Positions 36,301 through 48,816 of a stretch of DNA of 64,000 nt are shown here, piece by piece. Source of the stretch: Pelomyxa schiedti. Its lineage: Eukaryota; Protista; Evosea. The DNA lies in contig JAHLWZ010000347.1 in the NCBI GenBank assembly GCA_020536535.1, forward strand, positions 20,600 to 84,599, given 5' to 3'. Position numbers and translations under genes: made by a program. Below the pieces are notes generated by a model. That model was not told the DNA's origin and did not search any database. It saw only the letters and a program-made list of their open reading frames with translations. How positions within the stretch are numbered: position 1 is the first letter of the stretch; every line of letters starts with the position of its first letter.

Positions 36301-39300
36301 AGGCACGCGGTTGAAATCTGGACTGCTCCTTGCCCTCAACCTTCTTCCTCCTGATCCCTCCAAGTCCTCTGACGAAGACATCCAGTCCATTGGTGGTGTT
36401 GTTGAATACCTGCTTCAGGAATCAGACAAGTCGATGCTTTCTGATGACTCCAAGTCAAATTTCTCTTGTTTCCTCCAAGTTCGTTTCCACCTACATTTCA
36501 ATCTTCGATCTTATTCTCGTTTGTCTGTATTCTCAGATTTGCAATGACTCACTTGATGACTTTGTCAACAATCCTGTTTTGAGGGGCTATTGCAAAAAAC
36601 TCACTGGGAACATTGGCTGGGTTGCCAACTTTATTTTTTCCTGGCTTGAACCAAAACCGAGTTTTCGGGTTTCTGAAATGCTTCAGCTCACATCTGATGT
36701 ATGGACTTTTCAAATAACATCTTCCCTCTTTTTTTATGCGCACCACTTGTCCGTTGCTTTCACCAACATTCTGAACAGTTGATAGCCGACACGAAACCTT
36801 CCTTTTCTGCAGAAACTTACCACTACTCACCAGACCTTCTTTCTCCCACCCAAATTCCAACAACACACTTGCCTCTCGAGTTTCTTTTATATCACATTCT
36901 GTTGAAATTCATGCGACCATCAAGGGATGATCAATCTTCTCAAGTATTGGCAATCAAAACACTGGAGGATGCCTATATAATGCTTACAACAGCCTCAAGA
37001 GGTACAACAATTAACGAGCTCCTACAATTGTGTTTCACTCACTCTCATTTATCAGAAGGAGAACATGTTTTACATCAAGTGAAGAAAGCAGTCAGCAGGA
37101 CCATTCTTCTTGCACTCCTTGCTTCCACTCTGAGTGGAACGACTGGGCTTTCTGCCCAACTACGCAAAACAATGCCAGAAATTATCCAAGTTGTTTCACA
37201 GGTATTTCTTTTATTTCTTTTGTTTATTTGTAAGCTAAGTTTCTTCCATATTCAGCTTCTCTCACCTGGCTCGACACTTGTTGTAAATGCCAGAGACTTC
37301 TTCCTTGGCCAAATCACCTCAGAAGAAACTCTCACAGCACTTCTCCAAGACCATGACGCTTTGCGCCTCTTGGGTCTTGAAGACATGCAAACTTCTTCGA
37401 ATTCCTTCATTCCCTCTATGTTTAATGGAATCCTGTTCAGGAACAGCAAACCTGGAGCTCAAAACGCCACAACAAGGCGGACTGAATCTGCAGCGCTTCT
37501 TCCTTCATGCATCCTCGATGGTGGTGAAATCTACCACCTCATCCAGAGCCACAGCAAAAAACAATCACCCACAGGACTTCTTGCAACGTTCTTGCAAAAG
37601 GCCCCTGTTTTGAGGGTCTTCTCACACCTGCCCACTTTGGTTCATTTTTACCAGTTGTTGAATTCTGTGGTTGCACCACTGATCAATGGTATCTTTTATC
37701 TCTGATTCCTTCTTCACGATATCCCACTCATTTTCTCGACAGAAGATAGAACCAGAATTGTTGGATCTTTTTCTGACTGTGTTGAATGGGTTGGTTGCAA
37801 CTCCCCAGCAAACAAGGAGTCCATTTCTTCAGCCTACTTGAAATTTCTGGACGCTTGGAAGGCCATAAAGACAGGATTCAATGACGCAAAACTCAAGTGT
37901 GCCTCGGTGTTCATTCTTCCTCCACTCATCGCACCTCCCCCTTTTTTATCCCAGTTTCAAAATACCGGAGATTGGACCCAACACTCCATTTTTTGAGTTG
38001 GTGAGTTGGAATGATGAGAGAAAAGGGGACCTTCTTTTCACTGTCATCAGAGAAATGACTGAAATTCAGAACTCATTGATTCGACTCAGGAATGATTCTG
38101 ACACAGGTGATGAATGCCTTGTTGTTCGTTATCGTCTAAGAATGCCCTCAGATGAAATCAACCCTTTTGGATTCTTTTTTGAACACTCATTTCAATCAAG
38201 CTCGTGCAGTGTTGATGCCATTCTGAACTCAACTTGTCTTCGTTCGTTTTCTTTTTCCCCTTTCAAGAATTACTTACCAACATTTGACAATGAGACTGAC
38301 ACCTTGACACCACAGAAATTTTAGTCACAGGAGGTGCTGTGGAGGACATTGAAAGAAATCTTGTGACCCAGTGCCAGATCCCAGCCAATGGGAAAAGGTG
38401 TGACTTGCATTTTGATGCCAACAGACTTCAGAGACATGTGTGGGAGTTTCCCTTCTTCAGTCTGTGATTGACGAAACAGGTGATTGAACGCTATTTGGCA
38501 GGCAAAGCCATGTTGACTGATGTTGAGAGCATGAGAACAGTGTTTCCTCTTGACATCACAGCTGACCAAGTTTCCACCCATGCCAACAAAACTTGTTGTG
38601 ATCACTTTGCTTTTTTTAGCAACCCGAACCCGACCGGAGTGAAGGCCAGGATCAACTCGATTTTTCTCTTCAACGGCAGTTAAATAGGTTGCCAACTGTG
38701 TCCTCCCAACCCAGTGGCTGTCTTACTCCTTTGTATTTTTTTTGTGTTGGTTTTGTTGTGAGCATTTGATTTTTCTCACGTTGTGGCACCAGATTGCACC
38801 CAGACTACAAGTGTCCATTTCAGAGTCATTGCTATGCTCAGTTTGAAAGAGCCCTCAAAGGTTGTTTCACATCACACTTTCCTTTGTCAACTTAATCTTT
38901 CAACCCAGGAGAGACTGAAGAACACATCAGAGAATTGATGCAGCTCCTGACACAGCTTCTTGAAAATCTCCAGCGTGCTTTACGTCAACAACCCTCTGAA
39001 AATCAGCCGGACTCCTTTCTTGGAGCAGTGTGGAGTAACTTGTTACCTTCCAAGGTGATGCCAAACACCCTTGCACCCCTGAGGAACCAGCGTTTTTCGT
39101 GCATTGGCGTTGTTGTAATCAACGTTTTGACCAAATACCGAGCGAAGCAGTGGTTGTTTGCTGGAATGTCAGACAAGTATGACATGGCTCCCCCTGAGTC
39201 TATTAAGTGCAATTTCTCAAGGAAAGTGGAAGAGGTGTGGGTCCACCCTTAAAAAAACGCAATCACTGACCGATTCTCCTCACAATGTCTCCCTCAAAAA

Positions 39301-42300
39301 AAAGATCCTGAAAGGAACAATTGAGGTAAAAAAGCACATGCATGCAGTGGCAAATGCTATTGTTGGGTTTTTGAAGCAAGATAAACTGGGTTCAAACCAG
39401 GAAATTGCACTGAAGACCCTTTTTGGTGATTACTCGGCAGTGGTATGCCTCCCCAGATTTTGTTGGGCTCAAGCATGGACAGTTTCCCAACATCCCACAG
39501 GTGACAGAAATTATTACACGAGAGGACATAGAATTCTTGATTGGAAACTTGCGAGTCGGAAATTATTGCTACTTAATGCGGCAACTTCATACTCTATGTG
39601 GCAGTCTGCTTGTTGCCATTGCCAATGTCAGTTGTTCATTATCTCTTTTTTTAAGATTTATTTGCCTCAAATGTCTTCAATAGTACGCTTCAACAGTCCC
39701 AGCCAATGAAGTATCATTCAACATACTTTTCTGTTCACTCATTAAAATAGTATCACGAACCTGTTGAGAACTTGCAGGTGTCTACGCTTCCACCACCAAA
39801 ACCAGTTGAAGAAGAAAAGAAAAATCTTCCTTTCAAGATTGCTTGGCACAGTATCGAGCTCCCTGGTAATTCTTTTTTGCTGCCTATGAAAGATTAAAAC
39901 CCCATACAGAACCAGACTTGCAAACCCTTCCAGATGGTACTCCGATTTTTAGAGGCCCCCCTAGGCCCAATCCACCCCCGTTAGACAAATCCGATGTTCT
40001 ATCAAATTTTCCAATACCACCAAGCCCTCTTGCCAGACGTGCCCAATCGATGCTGCAAGAAGTGGAAAACATTGTGGCACACTTTAAAGAAGAAGAAGAT
40101 AATTACCTCATGTACTTAGGAAATATGAGGGACAACTTCCAAGCAATGTCTCAGATGGTGACAACGCTCCAACAAAGAATTACAAGCCTAGAGAGATTAC
40201 CAGAGTACCCCAACTCGCTTGTACAAAAGGCGAAGGAACTGCAAGACCACCTGAAAATAGCAGACACCCAAATACAGATGACAGACGAGACAACAATGAA
40301 ACAGCACAAACATCGGTTGGATCAAATTCGTGATGAAGCTTCCCATAAGTGCTCAGAGATGACTAACTCCGTGCTGGCTGCCTCTGGTGACCACACAATA
40401 CTTATACCGCTTGAGAAGCAAGTACAAGAGTACCTAGTGATAGCAAGGAATATCCTGGAGACAGCCCAGTGTCTTGCATCAAACCAGCAGAGTGTAGCAA
40501 TTGAGATGGATACACAGAAAAATACAGTGGAAGGAATCGTTGACGAATTTGAGCAACTATTGCCACAGCTGGAAGAGGGGGCCAATCCAGCCCTGAGATT
40601 CCCCCGCTGGGCTCACCCGAAACCGTGCCCACCCCAATCCACAACCTGCGGTAGGCCAAATAGCTTTCCTCAAATTAGTTCCCGCATTGTACTTCAGAAC
40701 TTGGAGGAGGAAAAGCAAAAGGCTCTGAAGCAGCAAGAAATTGAACTTAAGGAACAAAATTTGAAGGCACTCGACAAGCAAGCAAACGCACTTAAAGTTG
40801 TGAAAGAAAAAGCACTTGAAGAACAGGCAGTCATACTCCATGCAGAAAAGCAAAGAGCCCTTGAAAAGCAGGAAGCCGAAATGAATCTAAAAAGGACAAA
40901 AATACACAATGAGAAAAAGCTCGTACAACAAGCATATACTCTGGAAGCGGCCAACAACCTGGAAACGGTACTCTGTGGATTTCAGAAAGGGGTGATGGCT
41001 CTAGGAGAATTGAACGAACTTAATCTAACAAATGCCGTTTGCATTGCCAATGGGTCGTTTGGGTCTGTGTGTCAAGTCCCTGTGCTCCCACAGCAATGGG
41101 GCATGACGGTGCCACCCTCAGAAGTTGCATTGAAGATGATGTTCAATTACACTGCTGGAATGAGGACCCTTCAGCAGCGCACCGAGTTTGAAAGGGAATA
41201 TGAGGTCTTGGTTATGTATCCACACTGGTGCTTCACAAACGTCTTCAATCACTTCCGTGGTGAGACTTCCTTATCCCTGGTCAAGGAGAACCTGAGAGAC
41301 AAGTTCGCAATAATGGATGCAAACTCCCACCAGGTGTCAGGGTGCAATGACACCAGGACCGCCATTCCGGTGTTTCAGCGAACCACGTTCATGACCATGG
41401 AGCTTGCAAAATGCACTCTGGAATCCCTCATTAATAGCCTCAAAAGTCCACAACAGTACCAACAATCTGGTCCACCAAAACATGGAACGAAGGGTACCAG
41501 GGAACTCCCCAGTCCTTCCCTTCCCCAATCATCTATCCCGCATCAACAACAACCACTTTGTACAACGAGGGATGTGCTTCAGCTTGCTTTTTGCGTGCTG
41601 TGTGCAGTTGACCACCTCAACTCGCGCGGGTGGTTCCACTGTGACATCAAGTCTGACAACATCCTGCTGATGGAGAGGCCACATATCAAAGGAAATATCT
41701 GGGCTCTCTGTGACCTCGGGGCCGCTGTGTTTTGCCGAGACGGGAACCCTCTGGTTTTCCCCAAGGGTGAGACGTTCACTGGGAATGGAGCAAACAGGTC
41801 ACCTGAAGTGACCCAGCCCCACATGATCGGCAAGTTTCCTCTGCTCAAAAACGATGTGTGGGCCGTCGGATGTGTTCTCTACGAGGCCATTTCCAGGAGC
41901 CACCCCTTCCTTCAGCAAAACGAGCTCAACAAGCACAAGATATGTGACACCAACCTCCCTCCCCTCGTCCCTGATTGTTCTTCTCTCGCACCCGACGATA
42001 CCAACCCAAACCCGCGCTTCCCCAACAACGTGACAGTGGCCGGGCTTGCTGGATGGCTCCTGGAGCGCGAAGCCACCCGCCGGCCCACGGCCCGCGAGGC
42101 CCTCCTCGCCTGCGGTGCACTCGTGTCGCTCCCCCCGTCCCTCATCGCCCAATTCCTCACTGAGATCCAGCACAACGCCAGCAATCAACCGCAGCAAGAT
42201 TCCACCCCGACGACACATCGCAATGCAGCAACAATCCTACCCACTGCATCAGTGTCACCACCACCACGCCAATCCCAATTTCCGGCACCACCACCATCAA

Positions 42301-42700
42301 ACCTGGTCCCACCACCATTGGCGCCGAGCCCACAGCAGCACCAGCACACACCACCACCACAACAACAACCACAACCACAACAAACAACAGCAGCAGTACC
42401 TGAGGAGCTCATCAGGTGCATGAGCAAGGCAGTTCACAAGGCACACAAGCACACCGTGACTGAAATCTTCCAACGCAACGGGCTGCGCTTTGGTGTTGAT
42501 GTTGTTCCCATACAATCATCAGCATCAGCAGCAACAGCATCTTCTGGGAGCCCCAACACCATGCAAGCAACCGTGAGTGAAGTGATGAGGCTTGTTTATT
42601 GCAACATGGCACTGCGTGACGTGCCTGATGCCGCTCGTTCTCTGTTCTCTTTCCTCAGTGCTGTCTCATCTCCCCGTTACAACCTCAATCTCCTGGACTC
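12340..42700 (+). repeat. Tandem segmental duplication with a unit of about 15.4 kb (copies A and B)
   Basis: Homologous sequence recurs at an offset of ~15.3-15.5 kb from the first exon (12359 vs 27812) to the last (~27380 vs ~42690). Some antisense ORFs in the track are identical between copies (27104-27304 and 42412-42612). Confidence 0.95.
12359..27396 (+). CDS. Giant RNF213/mysterin-like AAA+ protein fused to a C-terminal PINK1-like kinase, copy A (about 4,500 aa estimated, multi-exon)
   Basis: RNF213-like motifs in order: EW..ALTEVYKKHPRLNFLSPIQL; GGSRSGKST; VISGGIGTGKTEL; IPLVIVGP|TGCSKT; AVLFDEV; FFHLRDFVYFLR; GLRRNFGG; AMEKGDTIVLVN...SLYDVFNRYY; VHDNFRVI; LLSRFEKY; CTD-like VIERYLAGKAML. 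The 44-nt intron at 24429-24472 joins IELPE|PDLQTS in frame to the kinase ORF 24481-27396. A 1-nt frame anomaly near 13100 needs splicing rescue. Confidence 0.83.
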
Positions 42701-42719
42701 TTGTTTGTGTGATGTGTAA
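27812..42719 (+). CDS. Giant RNF213/mysterin-like AAA+ protein fused to a C-terminal PINK1-like kinase, copy B
   Basis: Collinear paralog of copy A with matching intron positions: GGPGTGKST, GGTGTGKTEL, GP|PGCSKT, AVLFDEV, ITNR, LLSRFEK. The same IELPE|PDLQT junction (~39870-39910) leads into kinase ORF 39918-42719 (NGSFG, VALKMMFN, HCDIKSDN, DLG, SPE, KNDVWAVG). Confidence 0.87.
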
Positions 42720-42971
42720 GAGTGCATAACTGGCGTATTGAAAATTTTCCATCACAATAGCAGCCATCAACACACCGTACCATTTTTTTGGCAGCCGACC
42801 AAGTTAGACTCTCAAACAGCTGTAATCAGACATCGGTGATGTCCAACAGCGACAGTTGGCAGGGAAACTATTTTTTTTTATCGAACAGCTGGTGACATGT
42901 GACGCCAGTTACCGGATAACTGCCTTTAAGAACCAGCACAACTGGAGATCTCTCTCATTGAAGCAGTGTAA

Positions 42972-44270
42972 ATGGAAACGGGAAGCTCCCAGGTCTGCCG
43001 TCGTTTGGTTTTTTTTATCCAAGTGACAGTCAACAGCTCAAGCCTGCCACTCATACTGTACCTTTGGTCTGCAACTCCGCAGCACACCACGAAACCGCCC
43101 CTCCTCCGACTCCGGTGCAACATGTACAAGACGTTGGCACTGCTACTACTACAAGTGATACTGTGAGATGTCCTGACCTCCAAAATATAGCAGAACTGAA
43201 CGCATTGCTTGAGTGCTACAAACTAGAGGTACTCTACTTTATCACCATATGCTCCAATGGTAACCACAAGCAGAGGCAACACCATGTCAACTCCCGATGT
43301 CTTTACGGCCAAATAGCGGTAACCGATTGGATAAGAGCACGGAATGTCAATTGGCTGGTTTGGAAGCCCTTCAAGTGTCATTATGCAGTGTACTTATGAT
43401 CAACAATAGTGTGAAGTGGCTGACCTCCTGCAACTGAAGCCTGACGTTCTATTCTTTGCAGTGATGATTATGGATAAATTTATGTCGTTGACTGAAGATG
43501 CACTCTCCAAGTATTGGAAAATTCCCGAATTTCAGTTTCATTTTACGTGGGGCAGGTCGTCATTTCTACTTCTTAGTAATACAGCATTGGTTATTGCAGC
43601 CAAATCCAAGGATGATCGGGACATAAAGGAGGCTCTCACTAAGACAGAGTAAGCCGCTGCCCACTTTCCACGAACTAATCATATGTTCTGAACAGGTTCC
43701 TTGCCGACAAGGGTTTCTCAGTAGAGTGCCTTGAGGCGGTTGTTAACCCACACTCATTTTCTTGGCTCTTTTTTTGTGTAACCAAACCCCAGTTCGTTCC
43801 ATACGTATGTCTGTTGATTGGCTTTGACAAGCAGATGTTCTCCTCCACTCCCACCACGCTCTTCTTCTTGCAGCTCTACTCCCGCGCGGCCCGAAACGGC
43901 GAAATCGCCGACTCCGTTTCCAACTGGCTTGCTGAGCTTTCACTGCTGGATTACGGCATGCTGCGGTTCTTCCCGTCTCTCATTGCTGCAGGTTGTGTCT
44001 ATCTCGCTCGCCGAATGACTGGAGCTGAGCCACTCTGGGTATGCCCAACACGATGGCCCTCAATTCCTGCATCCTTATGAATTTAACTAGCCGGACGATG
44101 TGCGCGAGTGCAGCTTCTACACTGCTTTGGATCTTGGCCACTGTGCCCGCGCCCTCAATCAACTTGTTCGTGGACAGCTTAGAACGGAGCTTACTGCCAT
44201 CAAGAAAAAGTACTCGTCCGGCAATCCCTGGCAAGTTGCCGCCATGTTCCCCCCATTGAGTGACCTCTAG
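42972..44270 (+). CDS. Divergent A/B-type cyclin (cyclin N- and C-terminal boxes); start uncertain
   Basis: VTDWIRARNVNWL / VADLLQLKPDVLFFAVMIMDKFMS / NTALVIAAK form the cyclin box. FSSTPTTLFFLQLY..SNWLAELSLLDYGMLRFFPSLIAAGCVYLAR and AIKKKYSS are Cyclin_C-like. Stop TAG at 44268-44270. Confidence 0.75.
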
Positions 44271-44474
44271 GCAGCTTGAACCCTTTTTTCCTCACTGAGT
44301 TCCTACAAAAAAAAAACGGAAAGCTGTTTAAGTTTCTTTTGTTTCTACAGAAGTTAAAATGGGAATACAAGCAAAACCAGGGAAACTAAGCAAACTAATT
44401 CTAGTGAGGCGAACAGTTTTAGGGTTTGGGCAAGTATCTTCATGATTAGATCTATAAGGTATGAGTCGTTAGGA

Positions 44475-47400
44475 ATGTCATCGTGGGGTGTTGGAACTTC
44501 CAAGGCTTCCACAACGCTGGTAAGTAGCCTTCTGTCAAGCTGCACACGGTGTTAGCGGTTTTGTTTGGTGAAGAGAAATACAGCACACCTGCCACAATGC
44601 CCACCTGATGCCCTGCCTGAGAACTTCTTCATGAACACTCGGCCTGTTGATACTTAGAAGATTCTGAATGCTTGTAGATGTCACTAACCTTGTTGGTGCC
44701 ACTCGCGCAATCGAGGCCAAGATTGAAATATCCTGGTCTGAAGATACTGATGCGAGCCACGGAATTGGCCCAGCAGCATTGATGGCCTCGTCTGAGATTA
44801 TGGGGTAAGATTTGACCTGAATGGAAAAGAGAGGCAGTAGCTTCGTCGTCCCCTGGGTCGAGGTTTCTGTGGCCGTGACAGTGCAACTTGTCGTGATTTA
44901 TCACGTGCCACTTCAATTCTTCATCTCTTTTCAGTATTGCTTGCAGTAAACGAGCCATTTGCAAAATGAAACCAAACAAAGGCTTTTCTTTACAGAATTG
45001 AAAAATGCATAGCTGGGGCCTCGCTTTAAAAGAGCCAGGAAAAAATGTCCCGACAGTGAACGTGGCACTGGCATCCGTTGCACCCACGCTTTTTTGATTG
45101 GGTGTTCGAAATCTGAAGAGAGGGAAATGCTTCTCCCGTGGTAGATATGACACCTTATGGTGCTTAGACAGTACTTTCTGGAGATTCTGGGCTGGAACCC
45201 AGATTCCAAGGAGTACTTCGTGGAACGTGATCTGGTCTTTTTCGAAACCGTTCAAATGCAGAACGGTGGCAAAGGGGGAGTGGGACCCTGTCAACACCCA
45301 GAGGAGGCAGCAAGGGCCTTGTATGACGTCATTGTCTCCATTCCTGTAAAAATAACAACTGCTGTGGGCGTCCAGCCCCCTGCACGGGCGAGCCCTGGCG
45401 GCGTCCCACAATCCGCTCCAACAAGCGGCCGCGTTCTCGCGGTTGCGTTGGACAGGAGCTTCACGGCTGATGTTGTGCGCCTTATGGAGAATTTCTGTGA
45501 GACCAGCAAGCGAGTCAACCACGCTGGGTTTGACACTCACGTGTCGTGGCTGGCTGGGGGGCTTGTTTCGGCAGTCCGCGGAGTTGACATTATGGGATGC
45601 GAGGGATCCAAAAGTGGCCAATCGCACCTGTTTGACAACTCACCTTTCTTCATTTTCATGGCACTTCGTCTTTTGGAGTGTGTTTACTTCCTGCTCCTCT
45701 TTTCCTTTTTCTAAAAAAAACCCACAACCAACAGAGAAGTCGGGAAATTTGGGATTGAAACAGAACAAAATCTTTCACTGTTGAATGAAGTTGTGTCAAC
45801 CACTGTTAAAAAGGTATTTTCTTGTGAAACAGCACAGGATTCTGCCGTCTCGGCAAAAGATGCGAGTATTACCTCGGTATTTCCACCATTCTTTGGCTTT
45901 GTTTCACCTTTCCCTTTTTTATTGGCAGCTTCTGGGAGCCCTTCGTCAAGGAAACTCCATTTTGTTTGATGAAGTAACTAAGCTTCTGGATAACCGTTGC
46001 ACCAATACGGTTCTATTGCAAAAAACGTTTTTTCACTATGTGTGTACATTGAAATTGTGTGTTTGTTGACAATTCTTTTTTATCTGAAACTGCAGCCTGA
46101 AAATGAACTCAAACTCCAAATTTTGTGTGTGGCCTTTCATTTTGAGAAAGAACGCAAGGATGAGATGGAAGAGATTCCCAAGCCTCTTTGTCAGCAGGTT
46201 CTTTCCTCATGGCACGACTTTTTCCTTGAACAGTTCATTCCAAGAGTATCAGTCCAAGAGTTGTGTAACTTTGTCACCAGGTAGCCTCCTCTCTGATACC
46301 TTTCCGTTGTTCCTACTAACATTTAAGACAGACCACCAGTTCTATATAGGCATCTTTCGTCAAAGATGCCCCCCAAAATGGCACTCAGCACATTGCAAGG
46401 AGCAGTCAATTTGTTTGAAAGAGTGATTAAAACAAAAGCAGATCTTGCTGAAGAAACCCGGGACCTTGCAGTCAGCAACATTTACTGGGTCTGTCCTGGT
46501 GGCTTTTCAATACAATTCCCAAGAAAGATCTCACTAGAAGCACTCAAAGTTGCCCTTTTTTTTTTTGTTTTTTTGACTCACTTTTAAATCTTTTTTTTTT
46601 ATTACCAGGAACTGATAACATGTTACCATAAAATGCTTGATCTGACATGTCCGGCACCTCGGGATTCCAGAGAAAAAGGGAATCCAAAAAGGATGGCAAC
46701 TTGGTGGTATTGGTTGGAATGGATCATTTCATCCTTAAACCTGGAAAAATCTCCTGGTGGAGAGGCTGAGGGCCACTTCTTTATTTCAAGTTCTGCCTTA
46801 AGACAATGTTTACTAGCCCCGTTTTGGAAGGTTTGTAACCCCTGCACTGACAAGTCTTTTGTCTGATTCTTGGGGTGTTTGCAGAGAACCCAGCAGTATG
46901 GACTACAGGAGGTTCGTGGTGCAATGCATCCAGACACAATTGGATTCTTTGACCAAGCAGCAATAGACTGCGGAACTAAAAACCGATCTCCCCTGGATGA
47001 TATAATGTCTCTTGTGCCAGAAGGGAGCCCACAACCTTCTGCGGAAAATTTATGGCAAGCAAAAGTTAAACACCTCGAGGAAGCTCTTTCTACAAGTAAT
47101 ATGTCCTTCAATACTCCATCCACTATTAAGTATGCGTAAAGATCGAAGGAAAATGTTTTGTCTCCAGGGAAAGAATTTGGAGATGGCTCTCACTGTATTC
47201 CAGAAAGGAGTGCTGGAACTGGTGGAACTGGACGAAATACGTGTTGATAAAGCTGTTTTCATTGCCAACGGTGCATTTGGAAGTGTGAACAAAGTTCGTG
47301 TTGCCTTCCTTGACCAAAGAAGGAAACAAGAGGGACCTGCTCTCGACAGAGCGCCCAAAGAGGTGGCGTTGAAGATGATGTTCAATTACAACGAGGGGCC

Positions 47401-48712
47401 GAGGACAGTGCAACAGAAACCGCATTTTGAAAGGGAATATGAAGTTGCGGTGATGCACCCACACTGGTGCTTCACGAATGTCTTCAACCACTTCCGCGGA
47501 GACACCTCACTCACCTTAATTGGGGAGAAGTTGAGAGACAAATTTGCACTCATCGATGAAGATGGCAACTGGATATCTGGGTGTAAGGACTGTGCCCATG
47601 CCATTCCGATCTATAAGCGAACCACGTTTATGACCATGGAGCTTGCAAAGGGCACCCTGCAGTCACTTATACTCTCTAAGTTCAAGTCTCCAGAGCCACA
47701 GCAGGAAACACTAGGTAGAAGTTCAGAGGCAGTTGCTCTTCAACAACATGCACTTTGTACAACGAGGGATGTGCTTCAGCTTGCTTTTTGCGTGCTGTGT
47801 GCAGTTGATCACCTCAACTCGCGAGGGTGGTTTCACTGTGACATCAAGTCTGACAATGTTCTGCTGATGGAGAGGCCACACATCAAAGGAAACATCTGGG
47901 CTCTCTGTGATCTCGGTACCACTATTTTCTGCCAAGACGGGAATCCTCTGGTTTTGCCCCCAGGTGAAACGTTCACTGGAAATAGACAAAACAGGTCACC
48001 TGAAGTGATCCAGCCAGACGTTCCCGGCAATTTCCCCTTTTTCAAAAACGACGTGTGGGCCGTCGGCTGTCTTCTCTTCGAGGCTCTTTCCGGCAGGCAC
48101 CCTTTCCTTACCACAAACGCTTTGAACACCCCCCTGATACGTGATGCCAATCTCCCTCCCCTCATCCCCAGGCACAGCACCAACTTCGTTCCCAGCAACA
48201 GCCCTCCTGTTGACTTGGATGCAGCAGCATCAGGGCTTGTTGGGTGGCTTCTTGAGCGGGAGTGCAGCCGGCGCCCCACCTCACGCGAGGCCCTCCTCGC
48301 CTGCGGTGCACTCCTCTCGCTCCCTCTCCCCCTAATCGCCCGGTTCCTTACCGAACTCCACCGCCAGCACCCGCGGCAACCCGCAGCACCACCCCCTGGT
48401 TCCGCGGCGGCCCCCGCGGCGCCCATTCGCCTGCCGGCGGAACTTATTACGGAACTGCGGGAGGCTCTGTACAGTGTGCTTGAAACCACCGTTGCTGGGA
48501 TACTCCAGAGCAACAACCTCCAAATTGACACGGACGACGTTGTGCAGTTGACCGACGGAAGCACAGCACTTCAAGCAACAGTTGCTGAAGTCATCAGGCT
48601 TGTTTATTGCAACATGGCCCTGAGAGACGTGGTTGGTTCCGCACGCACTTTGTTCGCATTCCTCGATGCAGCCTCATCCCCTGCTTACAACCTCAACCTA
48701 TTGTTACCATGA
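44475..48712 (+). CDS. PINK1-like HCD kinase paralog C with an unrelated, unrecognised multi-exon N-terminal region (5' end and kinase junction uncertain)
   Basis: Kinase exon ~47168-48712: IANGAFG, VALKMMFN, FEREYE, HCDIKSDNV, CDLG, NRSPEV, KNDVWAVG, LLERECSRRPTSREALL and the same C-terminal extension as A and B. Upstream same-strand exon-like ORFs (45157-45714, 45997-46284, 46366-46587, 46633-46866, 46870-47139) are flanked by GT/AG sites. Confidence 0.7.
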
Positions 48713-48816
48713 ATACACAAACCAAAGTGATTCTGAAGAACAACTACTAAATAATAAGAAGAATTATGTTTTGTTTATACAATTTGTAACAAGTTCGTAC
48801 TCGGAGTAGTCCGTAT

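Noticed and set aside
44629-45627. 332-aa minus-strand ORF
   Set aside because: No recognisable motifs, and it overlaps plus-strand exons with proper splice signals belonging to kinase gene C. Likely an antisense shadow.
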